A DNA stretch of 64,000 bases, from assembly GCA_017857255.1 (NCBI GenBank), contig JAFMDL010000003.1, positions 1,244-65,243 on the forward strand. The letters run 5' to 3'. Below the pieces are notes generated by a model that saw only the letters and a list, made by a program, of their open reading frames with translations, did no database searches and was not told the DNA's origin. How positions within the stretch are numbered: the first letter of the stretch is position 1; each line of letters opens with the position of its first letter. Below, piece by piece: positions 1 through 10,164 of this stretch. This DNA comes from Puniceicoccaceae bacterium. Its GTDB lineage: Bacteria; Verrucomicrobiota; Verrucomicrobiia; Opitutales; Coraliomargaritaceae. Both the position numbers and the translations under genes were made by a program.

Positions 1-2595
1 CATGAAGGGATTTTTGAGGCGTTTGAGTTTGACGTTACCGGGATCGTTCAACCTGCGGGTAATACCTTGTTGGTACGGGTGGAAAATGATCACACCATGT
101 TAGGTGAAGCGTTCGAGGAGGGTCAGGTCGATGGTGATAAGATTTATGCAGCTACTGGACTGGGCTACGACGATCCCGAATTAGGTTGGCATCATTGCCC
201 GGCAGGAATGGGTATATGGCAACCTTTTCGTATTGAAGGACGCTCGCGTCTAGCGGTGGTGGATGTTTACGTGCAGCCCAAGCCGAGCTTAGATTCGGTC
301 GAGCTTTTCATTGAAGTCGACAACCGAGGGAGCAGTCACTCTGAAAAAGTCGGTTTCCTTGTTTCAGTTTACGGGCAGAATTTTGAGGCCGCGGTGTATA
401 CTGATCATCTGTTTAGCCCCAGCACTAAGCCAGAGGGAGGTTTTGGCGATCTTGACAAAGAATTGGAAGATACATTACCACTTTTGGCGGGATCCGGACG
501 CAACTATTTCAAGTTGATTCTCCCCATGGCTGAGCCGCGGATCTGGAATACAGAGACGCCATGGCTGTATCAAGCGCAGGTCCGACTGGTGGATGCAGCG
601 GGCACGCTACTGGATGTGGCGAGTCAGCAATTTGGGATGCGTAGTTTTGAGCAAGATGAGACGACTGAGCCCAAGGGTAAATTCTATTTGAATGGAAGTG
701 AGATCCGTTTGCGCGGTGCGAACACGATGGGGAATCTCGATCTGTGTGTGTTTCGCAATGATACGGAGCAATTGATCGATGATATATTGTTGGCGCGATT
801 GACGCATATGAATTTTCTGCGACTGACGCAGCACCCTGTACAAAAAGCTATTTATGAATACTGCGACCAACTTGGCATGCTGTTGCAGACTGATTTACCT
901 CTGTTCGGAACTTTACGGCGCAATCAATTTTTGGAATGCGTGCGTCAGGCTGGGGCGATGGAGAAACTCGTTCGCTCACACCCCTCAAATGTGCTAGTTT
1001 CGTTTATTAATGAACCATTTCCGAATGGGCGAAGTCGGCCGCATCGGTTCCTCGAGCGAGAGGAGATGCAACTCTTTTACAAGCTAGCGATAGATGAGGT
1101 TCGTCGGCACAACAAAGATCGCGTAATCAAATGTGTCGATGGCGATTATGATCCACCAGCGGAGTTTGGAATGCCAGACAATCACTGTTATTGCGGCTGG
1201 TATTTAGGGCACGGCGTCGACCTAGGATTACTGCATGCGGGCCATTGGATGCCGGTCAAGTCTGGGTGGCATTTTGGTTGTGGGGAGTTCGGAGCAGAAG
1301 GCTTGGATTCACTAGAGGTGATGCAGGCACATTACCCAAAAGAGTGGCTTCCAGCGACCTTGGAATCGGACTGGAATCCTGGGGTCATTCCAAAAGCACA
1401 AAGTATTAATTTCCACGGGTTGTGGTATGACACACCTAGTGATATTAAGGGATGGATCGAGGCGAGCCAAGATCATCAGGAGTGGGTTAATCGCTTGATG
1501 ACAGAAGCCTTTCGAAGAATCCCCGGAATGAATACTTTTGCGATTCACCTTTTTATTGATGCCTGGCCGGCAGGGTGGATGAAAACCATTATGGATGTGA
1601 ACCGCATCCCGAAAAAATCGTGGTTCAGTTATCGCGATGCATTGACGCCGTTAGCAGTTTTTCTTCGTTGTGATCGTACTGCTGGTATCGCGGGTGAGCG
1701 CATCGAGGTGGAACCATGGGTCATTAATGACCTAGTCGAGGCTCCTCAGAATTGTCGATTGGAATATGAGCTAAGCTGTGAGGGGAGCTCGCTCCATCGC
1801 GGGAGTGCCGCTGCACGGATTGAGTCGGTTGCTCCAGTCGGGCAAGGGGTCGTTCAATTTGAACTGCCAGATGTGGTAGCTGAGACTCGGTGTTACATCA
1901 ATCTTAGCCTAGTGGATGCAGCAGGAACTGCGCTCCATAGTACGGAGTTGATGCTCGATGTGTATCCAAAGCTGGAGCGCCTTAGCGATGTGGGTCGCAT
2001 CTGTCTCTTGGGTGAGCAATCAGCAGGGCGTGAGTGGCTGGGCGAACTTTCTGATTTCAGCGATAGTGAAGTATCGATCAGTGATGCCTCAGTCATCGTG
2101 ATTACGGATATTAGTGCCTACGTTAAAGCCGCTCAAGAAGTGGATGCTGCCGTGCGCGATGGAGCGGTTGCACTTTTCCATCCGATGCCTGTGGGTAGCT
2201 ATCGAATTGGAACCGCTACGGTCGAGGTTAAGAAGGCGGGTATGGGGCCCAGGCATTTTGTTTCATGCCAAACAGGGCATAAGGTGGTGGCTGGATTTAA
2301 TAAGAATGCGTTTAAATTTTGGTACGATGAAAGTCGTGGTTATCCCAGTCCGCTGATTGATTCCACGCTAGAAGCGGACTCGTGGGAGTGCATTTTAAAG
2401 ACTAGCGATGGTGGCTGGGGTCGCTCTTGGGGGGCGGTAATGGCTGCTGGTGAAAGATCATATGGCAAGGGCAAGTGGCGAATTTGCCAAGTCGACTTGT
2501 TGCACCGCGTAAAAACGAATCCTGCAGCTAAAATCTTTGCCATGCGTATGCTTGAACCAGTTCGTTGTTCTATCGCACCACTAGCAGTTCAATAA
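1..2595 (+). CDS. Glycoside hydrolase family 2, 5'-truncated by the window edge
   Basis: Frame 1 is open from nt 1 (HEGIFEAFEFDVTGIVQPAGNTLLVRVEND, a GH2 sugar-binding-domain signature), so the ORF-track start at 67 is internal. TIM-barrel motifs follow: RLTQHP, SFINEPFP (acid/base NEP) and GCGEFGAEG (nucleophile Glu). Confidence 0.8.
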   Translation, partial: HEGIFEAFEFDVTGIVQPAGNTLLVRVENDHTMLGEAFEEGQVDGDKIYAATGLGYDDPELGWHHCPAGMGIWQPFRIEGRSRLAVVDVYVQPKPSLDSVELFIEVDNRGSSHSEKVGFLVSVYGQNFEAAVYTDHLFSPSTKPEGGFGDLDKELEDTLPLLAGSGRNYFKLILPMAEPRIWNTETPWLYQAQVRLVDAAGTLLDVASQQFGMRSFEQDETTEPKGKFYLNGSEIRLRGANTMGNLDLCVFRNDTEQLIDDILLARLTHMNFLRLTQHPVQKAIYEYCDQLGMLLQTDLPLFGTLRRNQFLECVRQAGAMEKLVRSHPSNVLVSFINEPFPNGRSRPHRFLEREEMQLFYKLAIDEVRRHNKDRVIKCVDGDYDPPAEFGMPDNHCYCGWYLGHGVDLGLLHAGHWMPVKSGWHFGCGEFGAEGLDSLEVMQAHYPKEWLPATLESDWNPGVIPKAQSINFHGLWYDTPSDIKGWIEASQDHQEWVNRLMTEAFRRIPGMNTFAIHLFIDAWPAGWMKTIMDVNRIPKKSWFSYRDALTPLAVFLRCDRTAGIAGERIEVEPWVINDLVEAPQNCRLEYELSCEGSSLHRGSAAARIESVAPVGQGVVQFELPDVVAETRCYINLSLVDAAGTALHSTELMLDVYPKLERLSDVGRICLLGEQSAGREWLGELSDFSDSEVSISDASVIVITDISAYVKAAQEVDAAVRDGAVALFHPMPVGSYRIGTATVEVKKAGMGPRHFVSCQTGHKVVAGFNKNAFKFWYDESRGYPSPLIDSTLEADSWECILKTSDGGWGRSWGAVMAAGERSYGKGKWRICQVDLLHRVKTNPAAKIFAMRMLEPVRCSIAPLAVQ

Positions 2596-2642
2596 ACCGA
2601 AGATTTTGATACTGATTCACCCTTTATAAAATAGAAATAATC

Positions 2643-4826
2643 ATGCAACTTTTTGGACTACCTTTACTCGATATACTCGTAATTATAATTTATTTCTTGG
2701 TCGTGCTGTGGATTGGCTATCGCGCCATGCAGCGGATCAATAATTCGGAGGATTACTTTTTAGCAGGTCGAAAATTTGGAAAAGGCATCCAGACCTTTGC
2801 TGCCTTTGGCCAGGGGACTAGTGCCGAGTCAGCAGTGACTACCACGACGATGGTAAGCACGAATGGCGCGGCTGGAATCGGCATGGGCTTAATCAGTGGG
2901 ATCATAGCAATGCCAATTTTCTGGATGACTACTATGTGGTACCGGCGTTTACGCTACCTCAGCCTAGCAGAATTTTTTGCCGAGCGTTATGGCTCTAAGC
3001 GTATGGCTGGGTTTTATGCCATTATTCAGACGCTGCTTTTTATGATCGTAGCTGCGACCGGATTTACTGCGATGTCAAAGACGGTGGCAGCGATTGCGGA
3101 AAAACCTGAAGCATCACTTACGCAAATAGAGCTTAGCGAACGTGCTTTGGCTACCGAACTTGGAGTGCTGCAAGATAAGGATTATCGTTTGCTGACGGAT
3201 CCTGAATTAAGTCGAATGAAGGAATTGGTCGCCATGAGTCCGCAGTCAAATTTTAGCACGATCAATCGCACTTATTTAACTATTGGCTTAGCGATTATAA
3301 TTTTGCTGTACGCAGTATCTGGTGGCTTAGAAGCGGCCTTTATTACAGATATGATCCAAGGTGTTTTCATCATATTGCTCACTTTGATGCTCATCCCGTT
3401 TGCGATGGCTAAGATAAATATGGTTTATGAAGTTGAGGGGATACTGGGGACCTTCAAGGCGTTCCATACGCACCTACCAGAAGCATTTTTTCAGGTACTT
3501 GGGTCGCCGAATTTGCCGCAGTTTACATGGTATTTTATCGTGGCTTTTGGACTGCTCTTCATGGTCAACACAGGAGTACAGGCTAATCAACTAACAGCGG
3601 CCGGTTCTGCAAAAGATGATGAGACTGCCCGTATCGGCTTCATTACCGGAATTTTTATCAAGCGCTATTGTAGTGTTATCTGGGGCTTTTTGGCGATGAT
3701 GACCTTGTTACTTTACGGGGCTAAGGTCAGCGATCCCGATATGGTCTGGGGGATGGCGACCCGTGATCTTTTGCCAACAGGATTAGTAGGCTTAATGATT
3801 GCTTGTCTGATGGCCGCTTTAATGTCGACCGCCGATGCCTTGATGCTGACCAGCTCATCGCTTCTGACTAATAATGTCTACAAGCCTCTATGTCCTGGGA
3901 AGAGTGAGTCGCACTATGTTTTAATGGGGCGAATTTTTTGTTTGGCTTATATCGTAGGTGGAGTCGCGATAGCGTTAGTATTAGATGATGTCTTTACTCT
4001 TTTTCTGTTTATGATCACGTTTAATTCTGTGATAGCCGCGGTTTTTTGGCTGGGGATGGTTTGGCGACGTGCGAGTCGCTCTGCTGCATGGGTCTCGATT
4101 ATCGTGACGACCCTCTTTACTTTGTTGTTGCCGCTACTTGTGCCACTTTGGCCAGGTGTGCGCAGTAGTGAATTTTTGGCAAAGGAAACTGCTGGCTATG
4201 CCGTTGAGCGGATTTATAGTGCGAAGGAATTTGATGTACGCGAACGGGCTGAAGAAATTGCAGTCTGGGATGCTTTGAGCACTGCAGGCAAAGTGGAGGG
4301 GACGAGACCGAATAGCCTCGCTCTAGGGGAAAAATTTACGAAGAGCGATTTCATCCAACCACGAAGTATTTACTGGCAGCAGGGTTTTGCTGAAGACCAA
4401 GATGGCTTACGCAGTGGAAGTGGTATGCTAAAAGTAGAGCTAGTGGTATTGGATTGGCTGGGCTTCGAACTCGAAACAAACAAATATGCCTTAAATGAAA
4501 CGATTACTGCGATCTTTCGTTTGGTCATACCCTTTGGGCTCTTGATTTTAATCTCATGTTTCACTCGTGAGGAAGATCCCGTGCGCTTGAATATGTTTTA
4601 TGCGCGTTTGCGCACCCCGGCGGTTGCTGATCACGAATTAGATGCTCTAGAAGTGGAACGTGTGCGACAGGATCCGTCTTTGTGTGACGACCTGCGGTTG
4701 TTTCCAGGTACCAACTGGGAATTCCGCAAGTGGACCCCTTCAGACTGGAAAGGTCAGGGTATTGTATTCTTAGCTGGTGGTGGGGTCGTCTTCCTGTTGT
4801 ACCTTCTTTTGATGACAGGAAGTTGA
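2643..4826 (+). CDS. Sodium:solute symporter (SSF) family transporter, unusually long
   Basis: Multi-pass hydrophobic protein with an N-terminal SEDYFLAGRKFG motif typical of SSF permeases. Starts 47 nt after the GH2 stop. At 727 aa it carries hydrophilic inserts at about aa 152-208 and 506-620. Confidence 0.7.
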   Translation: MQLFGLPLLDILVIIIYFLVVLWIGYRAMQRINNSEDYFLAGRKFGKGIQTFAAFGQGTSAESAVTTTTMVSTNGAAGIGMGLISGIIAMPIFWMTTMWYRRLRYLSLAEFFAERYGSKRMAGFYAIIQTLLFMIVAATGFTAMSKTVAAIAEKPEASLTQIELSERALATELGVLQDKDYRLLTDPELSRMKELVAMSPQSNFSTINRTYLTIGLAIIILLYAVSGGLEAAFITDMIQGVFIILLTLMLIPFAMAKINMVYEVEGILGTFKAFHTHLPEAFFQVLGSPNLPQFTWYFIVAFGLLFMVNTGVQANQLTAAGSAKDDETARIGFITGIFIKRYCSVIWGFLAMMTLLLYGAKVSDPDMVWGMATRDLLPTGLVGLMIACLMAALMSTADALMLTSSSLLTNNVYKPLCPGKSESHYVLMGRIFCLAYIVGGVAIALVLDDVFTLFLFMITFNSVIAAVFWLGMVWRRASRSAAWVSIIVTTLFTLLLPLLVPLWPGVRSSEFLAKETAGYAVERIYSAKEFDVRERAEEIAVWDALSTAGKVEGTRPNSLALGEKFTKSDFIQPRSIYWQQGFAEDQDGLRSGSGMLKVELVVLDWLGFELETNKYALNETITAIFRLVIPFGLLILISCFTREEDPVRLNMFYARLRTPAVADHELDALEVERVRQDPSLCDDLRLFPGTNWEFRKWTPSDWKGQGIVFLAGGGVVFLLYLLLMTGS

Positions 4827-4843
4827 AATTAATTAACTAACAG

Positions 4844-7192
4844 ATGAAGAACTCTAAATTTCCAATCTGGCTTGCATTAGCTGGGGTACTTTTGTGCCTG
4901 CCTGGGTGTGGGGTTAAGCCCGACTTCAATGGACGTTCAACAGCGTCGAGTGCTAATTCTGACGTACCAGATGAGGATGTAGTTGCCGCTGATTTGAGTA
5001 CGGCTAAGGGCATAGAACAGATTACAATAGAACGAGAGTACTACGTTGCAGCCGAAGGTTCCATTGGTGGATTAGGCACCTATCAATCACCTTTTAGTTC
5101 AATACATTTGGCAGTCGAAGCGGTACTGGCTGATGGTGACGCACTCGGCACGACGATCTTTTTACTCAACGGGGTACATCGTCTACAGCGCAGTCTGGTT
5201 ATCTCAGAAGCTTTATCAGGTACAGAAGCGGCTCCCTTTAAAATAAAAGCCTTGGAGCCTGGTAAGGCAGTCCTGTCTGGTGCAGTGGAACTTCCTGCAG
5301 GAGATTTTCAACAAGTCAGCGACTCAACGTGCTTAAAGCTCTTGCAATCAGAGGTAAGAGGCATGGTGAGGGTTGCTAATTTGAAAGATAAAACCTTAGT
5401 GAAGGCATTGTCGGATAGCGATGCACAGTATATTGTAAATAGCCGATCGCAGGTTTTGACAAAGGCCCGTTGGCCCAATAAAGGCTTTGCCCATATTGAT
5501 GAAATCATGGATGGCGGAGTGGTCTACACATCAGGCCGAACCCCCGGTGAACGCCCGAAGGCAAGTTTGGAAAATCCCATTGGTGGAGTCTTTAATGCCT
5601 TAGAAGTTTGGCAAGGGGACTGGGAGGCTGAGTTAGCCTTGGGAATGATGAATCCGAAAGTCTATGGCTTTTTTTATTATGATTGGCATTTTGAAAACGG
5701 AACACTGGCAAAAATAACTCTGGAGAGGTCGTTACAATTGGCTGGCTCGACTCGTTATGGCATAGGTGGGCATGAGAAAATCCCGCGCCGTTTTTTTGTT
5801 TCAGGATTGCTTTCGGAATTAGACCAGCCCGGCGAGTGGTTTTTTGATCCTAAAAGTAAACAATTTTATCTATGGCCGATTGCGTCGAATGTAGGAGTTG
5901 AGATTAGTCAAAATTGGAAGCTTATACACTTAAAGAACGCCTCTAATGTTACGATTGAGGGACTAGTTCTGGAAGGAGCGAAGGACGGGATTCTCATCGA
6001 AGGAGGCTCCAATGTCCATGTCGCGGGATGCACTTTGCGCAACCTCGCAGGATACGGAATTTTCATTAAGAAAGGATCGGAGCACCGCGTTGAGTCCTGC
6101 GACATATACTCGGTAGGCGTGCCTATTGAAGCGCGCGGAACTATGCCGAAAGATTATACATGGGACTACTCGTCGATTATTCCGAAAATAATACCTGATG
6201 GCTATATCATCACTAACAACCACATCTTTAATTGCCGCAATTACCGTGGAGTGCGTCTCGAGGGAGTCGGGATTTTATTTTCGCACAACTTAATACATGA
6301 CCTGCCGGGGCATGCGGTCTATTGGGGTGGGAATGACAATATTTTCGAGTTCAACGAATATTATAATCTGCTGAAGGAATTAGGCGATGGCGGAGTTACC
6401 TACACCGGTGCGAAGTGGCACAGTTATGGAAATGAACAGCGCTATAATTTCACGCATCATGTTTTTTCTTTACCTGGTGCGCACCCAGTCAACGGCTTCT
6501 ATATCGATGACCTCGATCAAGGTGATCGCATTTATGGTAATATCTTTTTCAAGGTTGGGTATCGCAGCATTATTTTTAATGGGGGATCCGCGCTAGAGGC
6601 GACAAACAATATTTTTATCTCAAACTATATTAACGTCTATCAAACAGGAAAGTGGGGGTCTGGTTACAAAGAGAAGCAACCTTTGTACGATGCAGGTCAA
6701 TTGAAGCGTGGAGATAAGACGGATTTTCGTTGGCGTACCGAACAAATCACTGGTCCTAATGGATGGGCGGAATCGCCTTGGCGTGAAGCTTACCCACAAT
6801 TCAATGAAGCGATGCAGCAAGACCCTTTTGCACCTTGGTTGACTGAAATTACTCGAAATTATGAAATGTTTACGCTTCATAAGTCTGCATGGATACGGGA
6901 GGTTCCGGATGGAGCAGTACACCTAGAACCGATGCTAGAGATTACTCTAGATGCCTTCATTGACCCGTATGTAATGAATTTTGCTTTTAAAGATACGTTT
7001 GAAACGATGCCTGGTTTTAAGCCGATTCCATTTGATAAGATTGGCCTTGTGGCAGATGAGTATCGTCCAAATCCGCCGGTAAAAGATACATACAGAAAGA
7101 CCGTGCGGTTACAAAATTTAGAGCGTATGCCATACGACCCAAAAGCTCAGTATGACTGGCGTACGATTAATGCGCAATTGCATCCTAATTAA
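4844..7192 (+). CDS. Lipoprotein with right-handed parallel beta-helix repeats (candidate polysaccharide lyase/hydrolase)
   Basis: Signal peptide with lipobox LCLPGC. Central PbH1-like repeats: NVTIEGLVLEGAKDGILIEGGSNVHVAGCTLRNLAGYGIFIKKGSEHRVESCDIY, then ITNNHIFNC...GILFSHNLIHD. Starts 17 nt after the symporter stop. Confidence 0.65.
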   Translation: MKNSKFPIWLALAGVLLCLPGCGVKPDFNGRSTASSANSDVPDEDVVAADLSTAKGIEQITIEREYYVAAEGSIGGLGTYQSPFSSIHLAVEAVLADGDALGTTIFLLNGVHRLQRSLVISEALSGTEAAPFKIKALEPGKAVLSGAVELPAGDFQQVSDSTCLKLLQSEVRGMVRVANLKDKTLVKALSDSDAQYIVNSRSQVLTKARWPNKGFAHIDEIMDGGVVYTSGRTPGERPKASLENPIGGVFNALEVWQGDWEAELALGMMNPKVYGFFYYDWHFENGTLAKITLERSLQLAGSTRYGIGGHEKIPRRFFVSGLLSELDQPGEWFFDPKSKQFYLWPIASNVGVEISQNWKLIHLKNASNVTIEGLVLEGAKDGILIEGGSNVHVAGCTLRNLAGYGIFIKKGSEHRVESCDIYSVGVPIEARGTMPKDYTWDYSSIIPKIIPDGYIITNNHIFNCRNYRGVRLEGVGILFSHNLIHDLPGHAVYWGGNDNIFEFNEYYNLLKELGDGGVTYTGAKWHSYGNEQRYNFTHHVFSLPGAHPVNGFYIDDLDQGDRIYGNIFFKVGYRSIIFNGGSALEATNNIFISNYINVYQTGKWGSGYKEKQPLYDAGQLKRGDKTDFRWRTEQITGPNGWAESPWREAYPQFNEAMQQDPFAPWLTEITRNYEMFTLHKSAWIREVPDGAVHLEPMLEITLDAFIDPYVMNFAFKDTFETMPGFKPIPFDKIGLVADEYRPNPPVKDTYRKTVRLQNLERMPYDPKAQYDWRTINAQLHPN

Positions 7193-7194
7193 TT

Positions 7195-8988
7195 TTGATA
7201 GTGAGACGTTTGAATAAGATTCAGCTAATGCTTTGTCTGCTGGCTTTGACGGAGGGCATGCCATTGGGATATTTACAGGCTCAGTCCTCATCGACTAACT
7301 TTGTTCTCTTTTTGGTGGATGATTTTGGTTGGGGTGCTTTGTCTTCGATGGGCAGTCGCTTTCACGAGACTCCAAATATTGATCGTTTACTAGAGCAGGG
7401 GGTTTACTTTACCTCTGGATATGCAGCCAGTGCAGTCTGCTCGCCCAGTCGTGCTGCATTGCTGACTGGCCGTTACCCTGCTCGCTTACATTTGACTGAT
7501 TGGGTCGCAGGTCACCAACGGCCTACTGCTCAGTTATCAGTTCCCGATTGGAGAATGTATATTGAGCACCAGCGCGTTACAGTAGCGGAAGCTCTCAAGG
7601 AACATGGGTACCAAACAGGCTTCTTTGGTAAATGGCATTTAATTCCATATATGGACGCTGACCGCAAGGATCTTCATGGTCCAGAGTCTCACGGTTTTGA
7701 TCTCAATGTTGGGGGTTGCGAATGGGGCCAACCAAAGGGCCCAGGTAAGTATTTTTATCCATGGGCGATGCCCAATTTAGTGGGTAAGCCTGGCGATTAT
7801 TTAACCGATCGCTTGACTGATTATGCGGCCGATTTCTTACGTCAAAATCAAAACAATCCCTTTTTACTCTATTTCTCCTATTATACCGTTCATAGCCCAT
7901 TCATAGCGAAGCCTGAGTTGGTCGATAAGTATACACGTAAGCAGCGTACTGGTGATTTTGAAGCGTTCGATCCGACTTACGCAGCTATGGTGGAAAGTTT
8001 GGATCAGAGTGTAGGGCGTATCATGGAAACTCTAGAAGTTCTCGGTTTGGATAAAAATACCGTGATTATTTTCACAGCAGACAACGGTGCAGTGAGCACG
8101 CTGCATTGTGGAGGATTAAAAGGATCTAAAGCGTTTTCGTATGAGGGCGGTACTCGGGAGCCTTTGATTATTAAGGGCCCAGGGATAGAGCCTGCCATCT
8201 GTGAAATTCCAGTTATCGGAATGGATTTATATCCTACAATGCTTGAGCTCGCGGGGTTACCTAGTCAGCCCGAGGAGCACGTAGATGGCGTGAGCTTGGT
8301 GCCTCTGCTCTCTGCAGGAGGGGCGATTTCAGAGCGTTCGTTGTTTTGGCATTATCCGCATTATCATAAGACTTATCCATATGGGGCAGTGCGCCGCGGC
8401 GATTGGAAATTGATTGAGTTTTTTGAGGATCAATCCGTTGAGCTTTATAACCTGATTCACGACCCCTCAGAGCAGCGAAACCTTGCTGAGAAACAGCCTG
8501 TCCGAGCGCAGGCACTTTTAAGCGAGCTTGAAGCATGGCGGGTTGAGGTGGGTGCTCAATTGATGCTACCGAATCCAGAACGACTGAAACCGCTCGATGA
8601 GATAGCCTTAAATACGCTCAAGGTAACTGCGTCTAGCTCGCAACCAGGTAACGAGCCGCGCGGAGCCTTTGACTATGATTCATCGAGTCGATGGGCCGCT
8701 GCCGATTGGTCATTCCCGCAGTCGCTGAGCGTTACATACACTGAGCCACGAGCGGCTAGTGCTGTCCAAGTCGAATTTTGGCGGGATACTGTGACACGCT
8801 ATACGATTGAGGTGCAAAATTCGCTGGGTCGTTGGAGTATGCTTACGGATCAGCGCATGAATGCCAAAAAGCAGAAAGTTTGGACGCATCCCGTGTCTGA
8901 GTCAGTTACTGCCATTCGTATCAACGTACTTGGTGCCAAAAAAGGTTGGGCATCCATTAGCGATATTCGCTTACTTACGAGTTTATAG
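7195..8988 (+). CDS. Formylglycine-dependent sulfatase with C-terminal F5/8 type C (CBM32-like) domain
   Basis: Sulfatase motifs LVDDFGWG, CSPSRAALLTGRY (C-x-P-x-R) and GKWHL. The last ~130 aa (SSRWAAADWSFPQ...WASISDIRLL) look like a discoidin/CBM32 domain. TTG at 7195 is the track start; GTG 7201 or ATG 7228 are alternatives. Confidence 0.85.
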   Translation: MIVRRLNKIQLMLCLLALTEGMPLGYLQAQSSSTNFVLFLVDDFGWGALSSMGSRFHETPNIDRLLEQGVYFTSGYAASAVCSPSRAALLTGRYPARLHLTDWVAGHQRPTAQLSVPDWRMYIEHQRVTVAEALKEHGYQTGFFGKWHLIPYMDADRKDLHGPESHGFDLNVGGCEWGQPKGPGKYFYPWAMPNLVGKPGDYLTDRLTDYAADFLRQNQNNPFLLYFSYYTVHSPFIAKPELVDKYTRKQRTGDFEAFDPTYAAMVESLDQSVGRIMETLEVLGLDKNTVIIFTADNGAVSTLHCGGLKGSKAFSYEGGTREPLIIKGPGIEPAICEIPVIGMDLYPTMLELAGLPSQPEEHVDGVSLVPLLSAGGAISERSLFWHYPHYHKTYPYGAVRRGDWKLIEFFEDQSVELYNLIHDPSEQRNLAEKQPVRAQALLSELEAWRVEVGAQLMLPNPERLKPLDEIALNTLKVTASSSQPGNEPRGAFDYDSSSRWAAADWSFPQSLSVTYTEPRAASAVQVEFWRDTVTRYTIEVQNSLGRWSMLTDQRMNAKKQKVWTHPVSESVTAIRINVLGAKKGWASISDIRLLTSL

Positions 8989-9015
8989 TAGGGGTAATCA
9001 AGTTAGGAAATAGCC

Positions 9016-10146
9016 TCAAGAACTGATGTCGTTCGATGTGCGAATTTCACTGTCGGATGCTTCGGGTTTGAAGTTGTCCAGTGACCATGGGCAACATCCA
9101 CATTCTATGGCTATTTCGCTGAAAGCCTTGATTTCAGCTTCGGAAAAGAGTAGGCCGCCAGCGCACTCGACCCGTTCTGCCCATTTTGCTTCAAGCTGAC
9201 CAGGTAGGAGGCAATTTTCGTTGCCGTGACCAAGGATATCCTCAATCACTGCTTTAACATTAGTCACCTGATCGCGTCCTTGTGCAAACGCGCCGCCATT
9301 GATCGCGTCGGGGTGTATCACCTGAAAGTAGAAGGTGGGAGTCCGTTTTTCACCTGCAGGGATCTCTCGACTACGTAGCGTAGGTAAACTTCCGCCGATA
9401 AAACCACCGACTATTTCGTTAATGAGGCTAAGACCATAACCTTTATGAGCACCGAAGGGCATCAGCGCAGTCACTGCATGTGGGTTCTGTGTCATCTCGC
9501 CATTTGAGTCGATTGCAGCATTGGCTGGTAGGGACGTGCCTTCGCGTTGGAATTGTTGGACGCGACCCATGGCAATAACGGATGTAGCCCAATCGATGAC
9601 GATTGGGAAGCCCACCGCATCAGTTGTAGGAAATCCCCAGCTGTGCGGGTTGGTGCCAAGTGTCGGGTATTTGCCCATGAATGGGACAACTTCGGCTAAA
9701 GCCGCGGTGCAGTTGGTATAGGCAATATAACCGCGCTTAGCAGCCTCCATAACATATCCGCCGCCCCAAAGATAATGAAAGGCATTGTCGACGGAGACCT
9801 GCCCAATGCCATACTGGTCTGCGAGTCGGATACATTCGTCGATTGCTTCGTAGGCAGTTGCTTGCCCGAGCTTCTTGTTTGCATCCCAGATTTGACTGGC
9901 GGGAAAGCGGCTATCGAGCTTTTCGATTTTAGCTGCGGGTGTGCAACCACCAATAGCGCTGCCGAAGAGGTGGTCTAAGTGTAGCGCTTTGATTGCATTA
10001 TGGGTGCGTATTCCATGCTGTGACGCAAATGCAGAGAAACGAGCCGCTTGTGCGGCTTCTTCTATTGTGTATCCGCGATTTTGATACGCCTTATTAACTA
10101 GTTTATTATGCTGCTCAGTGGGAACAATGTAGAATTTTTCAGACAT
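9016..10146 (-). CDS. Ldh_2 family (malate/L-lactate/sulfolactate/diketogulonate-type) dehydrogenase
   Basis: Collinear resemblance to YiaK/Ldh_2-family enzymes, with motifs YGIGQVSVDNAFH, LGTNPHS and FGAHKGYGLSL. It is the last gene of the minus-strand sugar-acid operon. Confidence 0.75.
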   Translation of the reverse strand: MSEKFYIVPTEQHNKLVNKAYQNRGYTIEEAAQAARFSAFASQHGIRTHNAIKALHLDHLFGSAIGGCTPAAKIEKLDSRFPASQIWDANKKLGQATAYEAIDECIRLADQYGIGQVSVDNAFHYLWGGGYVMEAAKRGYIAYTNCTAALAEVVPFMGKYPTLGTNPHSWGFPTTDAVGFPIVIDWATSVIAMGRVQQFQREGTSLPANAAIDSNGEMTQNPHAVTALMPFGAHKGYGLSLINEIVGGFIGGSLPTLRSREIPAGEKRTPTFYFQVIHPDAINGGAFAQGRDQVTNVKAVIEDILGHGNENCLLPGQLEAKWAERVECAGGLLFSEAEIKAFSEIAIECGCCPWSLDNFKPEASDSEIRTSNDISS

Positions 10147-10164
10147 AGATTGAGGAATTAGTAA

